The notes under the pieces are model-generated. The model worked only from the letters and a program-made list of their open reading frames with translations, searched no databases and was not told the origin of the DNA. DNA of 50,000 bases from Chiloscyllium plagiosum (lineage: Eukaryota), in assembly GCF_004010195.1 (NCBI RefSeq), contig NW_025214734.1:1-50000 (forward strand), written 5' to 3'. Position 1 is the first letter of the stretch. Each line of letters begins with the position of its first letter. Below, in pieces: positions 25,870 to 39,494 of this stretch. A program made the translations under genes and the position numbers.

Positions 25870-27670
25870 AAAAAATACAAGATTTCAAGAAAAAGAAGCA
25901 GGAGTAGACCATTTGGCATCTTGAACCTGTTCTTCAATTTAATACAATGACTTATCATTGGCTTTAACTCCATTTTTCCATTCATATCCCTTGATTTCCT
26001 AAGACAGCAAAAATCTGCTTAAAATATATTCAACAACAGAGCATCCACAACTATCTAGAATTCCAAAGATTTATTACCTCTACAGTGAAGAAATTTCTCA
26101 TTTCAGTTCTAAATGATCTGTTCCTTATCCCGGGAATATGCCCTTCCCCCTACTTAGCATCTGTGTTCTAGACAGCCTAGTGAGGGAAAAGCATTGTCCA
26201 TTATCTCCCCTGTCAAGGCCTTTCTGAATCTTTCCTGATGAAGTGCTTATGCTTGAAAGGTCAATTCTCCTGCTCCTCAGATTCTGCCTGACTTGCTATG
26301 CTTTTCCAGTGCCACACTATCGACTCTGATCTCCAGCACCTGCAGTCCTCACTTTCTCCTCCTTTCTGAATCTTATATGTTTGAATGAGATCACCTCTTA
26401 ATATCCTAAATTCCAGAGAATATAGGTTTATTTTAGACTACCTTGTATATAGGACAATTCTTATCACAGGAAATACATCTGGTGAACATTTGTTGCATTA
26501 CCTCCAGTTTAATTATATCTTTTCCTTAATACGGAGACCAATTCTGTACTCTAGCTATGGTCTCACCAAAACCCTGTCTTTCTACAACTGTAAAAGGTCA
26601 GGATGTCATTTGCCTTTCTAACTGCTAGTTGTAGCTGTATGTTAATTTTCTGAACAGCTATACTCTTCTTTCGGCCAAAGTGAATAACCTCATACTTAGC
26701 CACATTATGTTCCATCTGACAACTTGTTGTTGCCTCACATTTTCCTCTTTATTTCACTGGATGTGGGCATCACTGGCTAGGCCAGCATGTATTGTCTATC
26801 TGGAGAGGCAACGGCCTAGTGGTATTATTGTTAATCCAGAGACAGAGGTGATGTTCTGGTGGCCTGGGTTCAAATCCTTCCATGGTGGAACCTGAATTCA
26901 ACAAGCATCTGGAATTAAGAGTCTAATTATGACCATGAATTCATTAGGGATGGGCAATAAATGCTGTCTTAGCTAGTGATGCCCTCATCATAAGAATGAT
27001 TTTTTAAAAATTCTTAATGGCCCAGAGGATAGTTAAGAATGAACCACATTGTTGAAGGTCTGGAGTCACGCATAAGCTAGACCAGGGAAGGATGACAGAT
27101 TTTTTCCTTAAAGGACATTACAGTAAATGAATCAGATGGGTTTTTCCAACAATTAGCAATGGTCAATCAGTAGACTCTCAATTTTAATTGAATTCAAATT
27201 CTGCCTTGGTGAGATGTTTCTTCACAGCATTACCTGGGCATCTGGATTAATAGTCTTGCGATAATACTACTAGACCATTGCACCCCCTGATTTGAACTCA
27301 TTTGCCTGGAACATCACCCTAAGCCTGTGGAATATTCAATACATTACCACAATGCCACCACCTCCCCAACCTATTTACATCCGTTTGCAGCTTCCATGTC
27401 TCCTCCTCATAGTTTACCTTCCCACCTAGCTTTATATCACCAGAAACCATAGGCATATTGCTCTAAGTCTCTTGATATAAGCCATTAAAATAAATTGTAA
27501 ATAGCTAAAGCCTTAGCACTGATCCTTGCAACACCCTGCTAGTCACTGCCTGTCAACTTGAAAAAAATGTCCCATTTATCTTTACTTTCTATTTTCAGTC
27601 CATTAATCAAGCTTCTACCAATGGTAATATTTACCCCAAACTCCATAGCTCGTATTTTGTGTATTACCTT
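25870..27670 (-). mobile_element. CR1 3' fragment with nested Penelope-derived element (26233-26360) and SINEs (26745-27370)
   Basis: CR1 tail motifs on both sides; the PLE-derived insert has a 14-bp TSD cctttctgaatctt (26219-26232 and 26361-26374); a plus-strand SINE (~26800-27010) lies inside a minus-strand SINE. Confidence 0.75.
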
Positions 27671-29657
27671 TAATTTTATTGAAAATATCACAATGCATCA
27701 ATAACCTAAGAATGATACCTTGATTGCATTGCTAAATAATTTATTAGTCCACTTCAAACAAATTGCTCAAGGATCCTCACATGCCATTTTTAATGAGATC
27801 ATTTTTGCCAAACTGCAAACAGCAGAACTGAACAGTCATACTGAAGGCTTGATGCTTGCCAGGCTGGTCAACAACTCAAATTAATCAGAAATATTACTAT
27901 TTTAAAGTAATTTGACCAACATGTCACAAATAGAAACACACAGTCTTCTGTCATTTCTGAGCCCACTTTAATCATACTGTATATGTAAAATTGATCATCA
28001 GTAACTTACATGAGCACCATGCCATGTACAACATATATTTTGAGCAAGGAATAAAAATATGAAATAGCAGTAAGAATTTGGGCTATTTCATACATTTGAA
28101 AAACCAAATTTTAATAAACTATCAATTAGAAATTCATCAAAATGGTCCAATATTCCAAATTTTACCAAAATGCACCTACACACTGCTGAGCACAATATTT
28201 TCGTTTCTAACAAATGGATCAATTAAGGTATTTAGAGATAGAGATAAAACCATCTATTCAAGCATCTGCATTAAGCAAGAACTCTTATGTCGATTCCCAG
28301 CAGACAAAAATAAACCAAGTGGTCTGGAACTGAACGAAGACCTAACGTATACTGCTGAGTTTTATCATTGTGTCTGGGTCAAAGTTCGTAAGGATAATCA
28401 AGTTTTAAAGCCTGGATACACTCTGCTGGTTTGGGATTCCAATGCATCAATTTTAAAACTGATCACTTTTAAATGCAAGAAACTGAAGTGAAGATCTTAG
28501 TTCTGTATATTTGCATGAAGTATCTGTTTCAAAACAAAATATCGTTACTATACAATATCCTCCACACTGCCTTTCCAACACAAGGGAGTGTATGATATCT
28601 CAACTGATTTCTCTCTTTCTGTGTTAAATTGCCTAATCTGGGAAAATAATCGTCAGGAAGCAATTACTCCACTGAGTCAAACTCAGAATGAAGTTGTTCA
28701 AAGAGACGATATAGTATTGCTATGGCATTTGCATTTTAATAAAAATCAGACGGAAGAGACGCCAATCTGCATGGTTTTAAAACAGTTTACTTCTCTGAAG
28801 GAAAATAAAGCGTTCAAAATCATTGAACTTAAACTATCATATATCATGCTTTACTCATATCCCCGCTTATCCTTCACAAAATTCCAAAGTCTCCAGCAAA
28901 ACAGCTCAGAGACTATTGCCATGAGAAAGGAGCTAGCGGGTCGCACGAAGGTGTGGAATGTGGAGAAGAAGTCGCTGTTCTTTCTCCAGTTGACAGTCCG
29001 AGGAGCAGCATCTGCAGCCTTACTCCATCTGATCAGGAGGGGGCGCTCAGCATACTGCCCCCCTGCCATGCTATCCCCAAGCAGTGTCACCCAATTATCC
29101 CTCAACTGGACACACCGATAACGCACTAATTTTATTGCTGTTCCTCTCTTTTTTTAAAACAAAAATTCCAATTAACTAACTTGACCAACAGTTTGCAGCA
29201 AAATATGTATTTTTCAGAATCCACGTGGCCTTTAAAAAGAAAACAATAAGTCCCCTGTACGATTTAATTGGTTTAAAAAGTTAAACTCGGATTGACAAAG
29301 CAGGCAGAAGGGTGTGTATGAAATGGGAAATTTAAAGACCCCTTAAAATGCTCTTAAATGACAATGAGGTAAATGGGAATGAGTGAGAATTACTGGTCTG
29401 CACTGGCTGCTGGATTGAGTAATTCACCCGATGACAGTGGGTAAAATCATTTGCTGCAGGATGTGTGTACCAGAAGATTTAAGGGACCACATTTCTATCT
29501 CAGCTAACGCTGTGGAAATACACCGGCTCCAGGCAGGTATTTGCAATGGCGTCTAAACGGAAAGCATGCGATAAAAATGCAGCACCATCAGCAAACACAG
29601 TCGCATATCTCTGTATTCAGACAATTCAAAAATGCAAACCCCACAATCCCCCCTCAC

Positions 29658-29742
29658 CTTTATGATTCTGGACGCTGTTCGCATCTTCTGAGAAAACCCC
29701 TATCACTGAGTTATTAAAGGACGATTCAGTAATGGTTTGCAT
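29658..29742 (-). CDS. SUSD3: SUSD3 coding exon 1 (MQTITESSFNNSVIGVFSEDANSVQNHK + G, phase 1)
   Basis: ATG at 29742, 85 nt open, ends AAAG|GTGAGG (strong donor, phase 1). Lies in the only CpG-enriched part of the window. Length and the N-x-x-G| ending resemble vertebrate SUSD3 first exons as I recall them. Confidence 0.8.
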
Positions 29743-30056
29743 ATCCGAACTTATTAAAAAACTGTCTCAATTACTCCCTGTATTAGTTTTAAGATGAATC
29801 ACTTTTCTGTCTCTTGTAGCCGAAACCTGAGGCTGGTCCTTTTTTTCTTGAGCTTTCAAAGTCTGTTCCTTAACGAGTCCAGTCCTGGAGACGATTAAGG
29901 ATCCCCCCTCGCGGTGTTTCTTCGCGATCTTACAGGGACACTTTTGATCCCAGTCGGCCCATGTATGCCCGTTTTCTACAATCACTAATCCAAGAAAGTC
30001 GAACCGTTAGGTCAAGTCAGTGAGCAATCCCAAAAGTTGCGTGACAGCCGTTATAC

Positions 30057-30072
30057 CACACACACACACACA
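30057..30072. repeat. (CA)n microsatellite
   Basis: cacacacacacacaca. Confidence 0.9.
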
Positions 30073-30974
30073 ATATCGTAAGCATCACTTCCTCGTTAAT
30101 CTCAGCCTATGAGCTGTGGTTTCACTATGAAGCAATGTTTTACTTTCTGCAGACAGCCTGCTCTCTCGCTTGCATCGTTTTGGAAAAAAAAATCCACTCC
30201 ATAGGAGGATTGGCAACAAGGATGCTTTCTGTCAAATTACACCGGCTCTGAAAAATGGCCACGTGCCTAATCCTGCGCTGATGCTTTACAATAGAAAGGG
30301 CCTGGCGAAGACACAGCACTTCTTAAAACCAAAAAAAAAACTCACAACGCTGAGAGATACGATCGATGAAGTTTACCGTTTCTTGCAGCAGACCTCATCA
30401 CCAAATCCTTACAGTAAACATTTTAATGAAGGATTCATCCTCAGCCTAAAACTCACGAATGAAATTCTAAATGCCCTGCCATTATATACACTCTCTGTTT
30501 GAAGCTGAATTGGTACTAGACCATTTGTGAGGCTGGTGTTGAACTGAAAATGCACCATTTAGGCCAATTTCTGCAAGCTGTAACCAAATGCTATCAATTC
30601 TGAGACAGTGTTGTTTGGTGCTCCCATTTTGTGCTTGCATCATGCATTTACTTTATACCATAACATAACAGAAAAATTATGATCAACTTAAAATGATGAG
30701 GATTCAACTTTTTTAAAAACTTGGATGTAATGTTAACATTGTGTGGGTGTGTTAGCAGTACTGCTTCAGCCGCTGAGGTGCACCAAGGTGGTTTAAAGAG
30801 CTGTGTCAGACAGAATGACAATTGCCAGGGGGAAACAGTACCACATGCTCTCAATTAGTGAAAATAGCCAAAGTGAAGGATCATTTTGAATTTGGAACAA
30901 TGTGCATTATTATCAAGTACCTGGTGCTATTGAATGGACTTACATTACCATCAGGGTAATGCAGGACCAGATTT

Positions 30975-31190
30975 TGTTAAGAGTGGTTCATATGTGGAAT
31001 GAACTTCCAGAGGAAGTGATGGATGTGGGTAAAGCTACAATGTTTAAAAGACAATTCGATAAGTACATGAATAAGAAATCTATGGAGGGATATGAGCCAA
31101 GGTGGGACTAGTACTGTTTGGAATTATGGTAAGCAGTGTCTGGTTGGACCAAAGAGTCTATTTCCATGCTGTATGACTTTATGACTCTCT
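30975..31190 (+). mobile_element. CR1 LINE 3' end
   Basis: Encodes RVVHMWNELPEEV...FKRQFDKYM; tail tttccatgctgtatgactttatgact. Confidence 0.85.
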
Positions 31191-31379
31191 GACACTAAGA
31201 AGTTCCATTCATTCAATGCCCAGCTATGTTTTATCATACTGAAGCAGAATTCAACTTTTCCACCATGGCAGGCACATGACTACTTGGGAACAAATGCTAA
31301 CCAAGCTAACATGCCTTTAAAATGCCACACCACCAGTAATTCCGATGTAAAGTTCATCCATGCCCCCTGGATAGGTCTA

Positions 31380-31890
31380 TTCCATCGTACTCTTGATTGT
31401 CTCCCACTTACCACCCTCTGTATCCATGAGGTCATCCAAAACATTATTGCTTGTGTCTTAACTCAGAGTAAGTCTGACGCTCCTGTCACCACTTCTTGCT
31501 GACCTATTTTGGCTCCCAGTCAACCAAAGCACTGACTTGAAAATTCTCATTTTCAAATCCCTGCATAGCCGTAACTGTCTCTATTTCTACTATTTCCTCC
31601 AATTTCACAGCCTTTAAAGGTACCTACATTCTAATTCTAACTTGTTGTGCCTTCCCAATCATTATTGCAGCACTATTTGATTGCCAAACCTTTGGTTGCC
31701 TAGGCCCCAAACTCCGAAATTCCCTCTTCATGTCTCTCCAATTAGCTTTTATCCTTAAAAACACTTGGCAAAAAGCTATTCATTTGGAAAAGTTTGTCCA
31801 TCTGAATATCTTCTATATACTCTGTGTTATATAATGCGCCTGTGAAGCACCTTGCAATGTTTTATTATTACATTCAAGATTCTGTATAAA
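31380..31890 (+). mobile_element. L2 LINE 3' fragment
   Basis: VIQNIIACVLT...PVT and LFWLPV-like L2 C-terminal motifs; tail tgtgaagcacctt...tataaatataagttgt. Confidence 0.7.
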
Positions 31891-33516
31891 TATAAGTTGT
31901 GGTTGTGGAGCCATGTCATTAAGTGGAAGATCATTAAACTCACTGTTGGATTCATATCTAAAATGGCTGAGGTGGCCTCGGTAGGTCCAGGGTTTTGCTG
32001 CAATATGCATGAGAATCTTGCATATGACTGAGACCTACCAACCAGAGAGAATAGCAGCTCTCTATTTTGCCTCATGCAGTTTTCCTTTTTCATGACTGGA
32101 TACCAGATTTCAGAATCCCTATCCTTTCCAGAGTCAGCAAATGGATGTTAACTTATGTTTATCTCTTTTATGTGCTGGCCTGGCCTGGCACCAGTCCCTG
32201 ATAATTTACCTGTGTACTCAGAGGCTCCTCTACCTTACTATCTATCCATCTGAGATTCCAATCTCCAGCCTGTTGCCTGAGAGGTTTGTAATATGTGTGT
32301 GACAGTACATCTTGTGTAGGGTGTGGGGGGGGGTGGGGGGCTGGGTTGGGGCTGGGGGTTGGAATGTCAGCTACAGGGTATCTTCTTTAGATGTAAATTC
32401 TTCCTATTAAGAAGGATGTAAAGAGAGGAACAAGTGTTAACAGGCAATGAGAGCCTGCATATTCACATACAAAGGCTTGAAATACTGCACTGATTGAAGC
32501 TTTAAAGCTGACAGTTGTTACAGCTGAGTCTGAAGGAATTCACTGTTGTTCTAGTCCCACTATTCCACAGAACACAACATAAGTTAAAAATGTTTTCTCA
32601 ATTACCAAAATGTTTTCTCAATGACCAAAATAGCTTATCTGTTTAAAGTTTTAAATATAAAAGATCTATTAGCTAAGTTTCTTAACAAATGCAAGTAGCG
32701 GAAAATTATGAAAACCAAAACTTACAGTTGTCAGTGAAGATGCAAAAGTGGTTAAATTGCACAGTAATCTCAAAGAGTAATTGCTTATCTTCTAAGTATC
32801 CTCAAATCACAAACAAACACACACACATTCTTCAGGAAAAGAGAAAAAACAAACCGACATCAGCAGAAATTGACTTTCTGAAATAAACATTTTGGCTAAT
32901 GGCTATTCTTGAAGGCAAAGTTTAGCATGTTCCAAAGTCTATCATTATGATGTCCTGGCATGTGTAGTCAAATCATGAATCGCACACCCACACTTGTCTC
33001 CAAAGTCTTGCAGTTGTAGATTACTCAGGATCTACAACTTGGAGAAGTTTCTACAATCACTCATTCAGAAAAACAAATAGGTTTCATTTTGAACTGAGAA
33101 CTCTTTTCTGAAATGGGAGAGATCAGCCGAACAGCCATTCCTAGAGGAATTTTTGTCTTCCAACTAATTGTGGATACCAAAGCATTCTTTCCAAACCAAT
33201 CACTGTTCAAACAGCCCAAGCAGGGATTGACAGCAAAGCAAGCAGTTATTACCAGTCAAATGATTTTTAGGAAGCCTTGTTAAGAAAAATCTCCAATTTC
33301 CATAATGAATGTTTAACAAATTCTTTCAAAGAAACCATTCCAGGTTTTTCAATAATCTTTGAAATAAATAGTTTTTTTTCACTATCTTCCAAACTTGAAT
33401 CTGCCAACAAATATGAATTATGAATTAACTATGTAAGACAGTGCAACTCATTATGGTTCATAAAGAGGTTTGTTATCCTGCTCAAAGGATTTGGTAATCT
33501 TGTCAACTCCAATGTT

Positions 33517-33837
33517 TTAGATTAGATTCCCTACAGTGTGGAAACAAGCCTTTCGGCCCAACAAGACCACACCGACCCTCTGAACAGCAACCCATCCAGA
33601 CCCATTCCCCTACATTTTATCCCATGCACCTAACACTACAGGCAATTTAGCATGGCCAATTCACCTAACCTGCACATCTTTGGACTGTGGGAGGAAACCG
33701 GAGCACCCGGAGGAAACCCACGCAGACATGGGGAGAATGTGCAAACTCCATACAGATAGTTGCCCGAGGCAGGAATTGAACCAGAGTCCCTGGAGCTGTG
33801 AGGCAGCAGTGCTAACCACTGAGCCACCGTGCTGCCC
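33517..33837 (-). mobile_element. Full-length HE1-type SINE
   Basis: Reverse complement carries the tRNA-like head, V-SINE core and aatct tail. Confidence 0.92.
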
Positions 33838-35179
33838 AAACTCTTTCTCAATCACTTCTTGTGAGTACCATCTAATCCACAAGGCTAATGCTACAGTGAT
33901 TAGTCACCTCTGCAAAATCAGTCTTTCAGGGAGGAACCTGAAACTTTTGAAGCAGAGAAAAGCCAAATACATTCAACATTAGATGTAGGCAAATCCATGA
34001 AGGCAATCTTCCCTTAAAGGATACACTTGTCCTTTTTGTTCGAATTTTTTATTCTTCGATGGGATATGGGTATCACTGGCTAGGCCAGCATATATTACCC
34101 ATCCTCGAGTGCCCTCAAGAAGGTGTTGATGAACCACTTTATACCATTGCCTACATTTACATTTACATAAAGCAGATGTGATCGACCAGACAATCTGCAA
34201 TCATGGAAAGCCCAGATTATTAGGAATACCCATGTCGATTGATTTCAATGCTGTTGCTGACTTTGAACTTCCTGAGCTCCCTAGCTCTTTAATAAATCAT
34301 CCTCCCAGCCTTCTGAAATCTACTCCAGTACAATGCCTTGTTTTAGTTTTACTAAATCTTCCCTTTTCTATTTAGGCTTTACATGTATTCAAATTACTAC
34401 ACTCAATATGGTCACTTACTTTGAAATTAGTAACATTATATATTCACATCAATGATAGCTAAATTTAGCAACATCACTGATTATTCAGCTAACATATTGC
34501 TTGAGCAGAGAGCCCTGCACAAATTTTAGGATTCAATTTATTATAGAGTTTAATTCCTCTGTCTCCCAATCAATATGCGAATGATGAAAATATCCTAGAA
34601 CAGTGATCAATGATTTCTTATTCTTATTAATATCTCCACACTCGAAACTTGTTCCCTAAAAGTTTCAGATTCTGTCCAACTCCATCTCAAGTTCTGAGCT
34701 CAAGTTAATTGTGTTAGTTTTACATAAATGGTGTTTGTCTGAGTTAACATCTGTCACTTGAAGATCCTACATCCCACAGGAGCTAAGCATCATTGTCCCT
34801 TCCTGTGCAGCTATTTTTACTATTACCACAACCACTCGATTCAGTGGTACAAGCTACACATTGGCTTCCAGTTCCTCTGTTTGAATCAAATGCTGCAGCA
34901 GGTCAGAAAGGTCAAACAATTGCACATATAGATCCCCAGATAAAAACACTGAATACCGACAACAGGATCATTTTAAAATCAGCAGACAACTTCCATGCTG
35001 GATAGTTACAAGATTTCAAACACAACTATAACTCTAATGTTCTTTGTGAAGAAAAGCAGGCTGCTGTTGTGTGAGTACAACAGTGATAGCATAGTATTGG
35101 CTGAAAATTGATATACAAATGAAAGTCATGCACCAAATATCACATATCACATCAAAATTCAGGATCAAGATTTCACTTG

Positions 35180-36140
35180 ATGTAAAACATATTTTCTTTG
35201 TTGTTTGTTCATGAGATCTGAGCAAGACATCTATCACACACCCTAAATTGCTAGTGGTGAGTTGCATTCTTGAACAGCACAGTGAGGAGGCAAGTACCAG
35301 GTTTTTGACCTCACAGTAAAGGGGTGGCAGTATCATTTCCAATACAGGATACTGTGTGCCTTGGAGGGAAACCTGTAGGTGGTGGCATTCCCATGTATTT
35401 TCTGCCTTTAACCTTCGAGGTGGTTGAGGTGCCTAGTTTGGAAGGTGCAGTCAGAGGATGCTTGGTGAGTTTGACCATAAGACGGTAAGATGGAGGAAAC
35501 AAACTAGACCATTCAGCCCACCCAATCTGCTCAGCCATTCGGTTGTGGCTAATACATTTCTCAACCTCATTCTCCTGCCTTCTCTCCTTAAACCTTGAAC
35601 ACCGTACTAATCAAGAAACTCAGTCTTAAGTATAATCAATGACTTGGCCTCCACACCCCTCTGTGGCAAAGAATTCCACAGAATCACTACACTTTGGTTA
35701 AAGAAATTCCCCCTTATCTCAGTTCTAAATGGTCATCCCTTGATCTTGAGGCTGTGCCCCTGCTCTTAGTCTCTTCTACTAGTGGAAACATCATCCCGAC
35801 ATCAACTCTATCCAGGCCTCAGTAGCCTGTAAATTTCAAACAGATCCCCCTTATCCTTCTAAACTTCATTGAGTACAGATGCAGGGTTCCTGAACATTCC
35901 TGAAATGACAAGCCCTTCATCCTCAGGTTCATTCTTATCAACTTCCTCTAGATCCTCTCCAGCAATTCTTTCCTTCGACACAGGGCTCAAAACTGCTCAC
36001 AATATGCAAACCTCAGCAGTACATCTCTACTCTTGTTTTTTCTGCTCTTAGTTGTTACACTACATTTTGTGGATTGCTAACACTATGCATCTGTGGTGGT
36101 GGAGGTCATGAATGAAGGGGCAACACAGCATGTCAGTGCG
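35180..36140 (-). mobile_element. LINE tail interrupted by a CR1 3' fragment (~35477-36030)
   Basis: Similar to 43860-44230 and to the other CR1 tails. Confidence 0.65.
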
Positions 36141-36394
36141 AAAGATAAGATTAAGCATTTGCAGCTAGAAGTATTAGTGAATGATTTATCTCAGCCTCTT
36201 CTGAGGTCCCCCAGAATCATAGATGTTAATCTTCAGCCAATTTGATAAATTCCATGTGATATTAAGCGACAGCTGAAGATAACTTGATGACTTGTAAAAA
36301 TTGAAAGAACTGTGGATGCTGTAAATCAGAAACAAAAGCAGAAATCGCTGGAAAAACTCAGCAGGTAAACAGGAAGTTCTGAAAACTAGAGGGG

Positions 36395-37610
36395 TTAAGG
36401 GAGACAAGCCCTGAAGACTTGTGCTCCAGTGCTAGCCATGTCCTTAGCCAGGCTGTCTTAATACACCTATAACACTGGCATTTATCCAGCAGTATGGTAA
36501 ATGGTCCAGGTATGTCCTGTCCACAAAAAAGCAGGAAAATACAATCCAGCCAATTACTGCTTCAATGGTCTACTCTGAAATATCAAAGTGATGCAAAATA
36601 TCACAATTGTGCTATCAAGTCATACTTATGCAATAATAATCTGCTCAATAATACGTAGTTTCAGTTCCATATCACAGCCTTGATCCAAATGTGGATCAAA
36701 TGACTGAATTCGTCAGTTGAGTTGAATGTGGCTGCCTTTGTCATCACCGCATTATTTGGCTGAATGTGGCATGAAAGATTCCGAGCAAGATTGAAGTCAA
36801 TAGGAACTCGAGGAAAACTCTTTGCTGGTTGGAATCATGCTTAGCACATTATCTCATTCAATGACTTCATTGCAAGAGCTCCTCAAGCTGGTATGCTTGG
36901 CTTAAACCTCTAAAATTGAGTCATTGATGATCTTCCATGCATCATAGATCAGAACTGAAGACATTCATTGATGATTGTACATGATTCCAAAGACATCGGG
37001 TTTGATGGATTGGCCGTGCCAAATTGTCCCATACTGTCCAGGGATTTGCAGTTGAGGTGGGTTAGCCATGTTAAATACAGGGTTAGTGGACTAAGATGGG
37101 TGCGTGTGGGTAGAATACTCTTTAGAGGGTTGGTGCAGACTCATTAAGCTGAATGGCCTCTTTCTACTCTCTAGGGATTCAGGTACTGCAGATGTTTGTG
37201 GCCATGTACAGTAAGATGTGGACAACATTAAGTCTTAGGCTGATTGGTAGCAAGTAACATGGATAACGCAGAAGCACTAGACAATGATGATCTCCATCAA
37301 GAGAGAGAATCTAACTAACTTTCCTTAATTTTCAATGGCATTATCTTCACAATCTCCCACCATCAACATCCATTGACCAGAAACTAAACTGAACCAAACA
37401 TGTAAACACTGTGATTACATGAGCAGATCAGTAGCTGGGAAGTTTGGGAAAATAACTCACCTCCTGACTCTCCAAATGCCTACGCACCATCTATAAGGTA
37501 TAACTCAGCCCTTTGATGTAATGCTTTCCATTTATCTGGGTGAGTGTAGCTCCAACAACATAACATCATCCAGGTCAAAGTAGTTTACTTCATTGACCAC
37601 CTATCAAGCA
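36395..37610 (+). mobile_element. CR1-group LINE RT fragment with a nested HE1 3' half (~36982-37182)
   Basis: Similar to 19255-20468 and 11760-12711; FIDD-like motif near 36964. Confidence 0.7.
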
Positions 37611-37639
37611 ATTCTTTGACCTATGCTTGACTGTAGATA

Positions 37640-37733
37640 GGTTCCAGATGAAGGGCTTTTTGCCCGAAACGTCAACTCTCCTGCTCCTCAGATACTGCCT
37701 GACCTGCAGTGCATTTCCAGCACCACACTCTCA
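37640..37733 (+). mobile_element. Penelope-derived short element
   Basis: Matches the PLE terminal repeat; 10-bp TSD actgtagata (37630-37639 and 37734-37743). Confidence 0.8.
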
Positions 37734-37859
37734 ACTGTAGATATTTTAAATTAACCCGACCAAAGATGCTAAAACACATCTCTGGAATTGAACATGGGTC
37801 TCCTGACACAGAGGTAAGGACACTATTACAGTATGGTCTTTCACGTTTGCCTGTGTAAG

Positions 37860-38605
37860 CTTTGCCATCAAACGATCCTAATAAAACCCAAACTGGGCAT
37901 TGGTGAAAAGCTTAATGCTGAGTAAGAGCTGTTTAGTAGTATGGTCAAGTTTATTTTGTTTCATTCACCAATCATTTTGATGATTGGTAATTCATACTGT
38001 GGTGAATTTGACCATTTTCTGGACACAACACAGATGGGCAATTTTCCCCATTGTAAGGTAGATGTCAGCATGTTAAATTATCAGAATAGCTTGCTTGGGG
38101 TTATAGCTCATTCTAGAGTACAAATCTTCAGCACTGCTCCCTGAACATTGTCAGGGATGAAACCCTTTGCTGTATGCAGTGTCTGCAGCTATTTCCTAAT
38201 ATCAAGTGAGATTGAATCAGCTGAGTATAGGATCTGTAACGTGGGAGACCTCAGGAGCAGGCCAGGATGGATCATTCATTTGGCATGTTTGGCTGATGAT
38301 GGTTACAAATGTGTCTGCATTGTTTGGTAGTCCATCATTTAGGACTGGATGCAGAAAGACTGCAGAGCTTTGGTCTGACTTGGTGGTTGTAGGATTGCTC
38401 AGCTCCACCCATGTCTACTGCATTGCATTCATGCAGTCTGGTGCTGTAATTTCATCATTATTAGGATCACTTGGAACCTGTTTTTTAGGCATTGTCCTGG
38501 TGCTGTTCCTGGCATGCACTCCTCATTGAACCAGTGTTAATCTCCTGTCTCAATGGTAATGGTTAAGTGAGCAGTTGACTGGGTATGAAGTTACAAATTG
38601 TGGAT
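37860..38605 (-). mobile_element. CR1-group LINE fragment
   Basis: Reverse-complement similarity to 19560-20220. Confidence 0.65.
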
Positions 38606-39494
38606 GGGCAATAAACTCTGGCCCAGAAAGCAGACTATAACCGCAGATGAGAGAATAATTTTTAAAAAGAATAAGATGGACTAAAATGTTAGTCTCAGGC
38701 AAAGTTCCCCAATGTTTTATTGTTTCAGATAGGAAGTTTCAAATCGTTAAGCGTCCGAGTGAGGAGCACTGAAATGGCTCTCCTTCTTTATTCACCCATC
38801 TCCTCGGTTGGTCATGATTAGGGTAGTTTAAAATGGATCCCTTCCCTTGTGGATATCTTTCTCCCACACTCACATTAATGTTTGTTTTAAACGGAGCTAT
38901 ATTAACCAAGGATTCTTGAATTACAAAAAAGTGAGTTCATTAGTTATTAACTGTGAGAAGAAATAATATTGTAATACTCATACAACACAGATTAGGATTA
39001 AGACGCAAGTCCCAAAATAGATGAACGCTAGACCTAGATATACGGATCAGGTTTTGAATCTTTTGTGAAGATTCATTAGTAGAACATTGCAGTGATTATT
39101 TTGGATGGTACCAATAGCACTGATGTTGGTAGTTGAGCAGTCAGTTTTGAGATTCTTGTTTTGTAAATTGATTGAAATTCTATTGTTCTGGTTGTTTCCA
39201 ATGGCAACCCTCAGAGCAAGAGTGTCTCTTCCTATTTTACTGTATTTAATCACTACTGCAACACTATGATCTTCATAGCACACTAGTTCCCACACTGGCA
39301 TGTTAGGTCACTAATACACACGGGCCAGCAGCTGCATTTAGTCTTTATTCTTTTTGTTGTATATTCCTCAAAAAGTAAAACATAAATATATTTACAGGAG
39401 ATGGTTTCCAGCTGAGAGAGGGTGGGTAGTCAGCCTCTCATTATCTCTTCTGTTTTATTCTTTCTGTTTGAAGTTTCCCTGACTCTCTAATGTG

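Larger units (their letters stand above)
28850..30450. promoter_or_regulatory. CpG-enriched promoter / first-exon region of SUSD3
   Basis: CpG visibly enriched over the CpG-poor window and free of recognisable TEs. Contains ETS-type GAGGAAGTG (30086-30094, minus), RUNX TGTGGTT (30115-30121), CACGTG E-boxes (~29222, ~30260) and a (CA)n tract. Confidence 0.6.

Noticed and set aside
28078..28491. 137-aa plus-strand ORF
   Set aside because: Non-ATG start, AT-rich, antisense within the SUSD3 intron, no recognisable domain.
28851..29126. GC-rich 91-aa minus-strand ORF (and overlapping 177-aa plus ORF 28588..29121) as SUSD3 exon 1 or a separate gene
   Set aside because: No recognisable homology. 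Its only plausible donor (GA|gtaaag) is phase 2 and would not join the phase-1 TM exon. 29658-29742 fits better.
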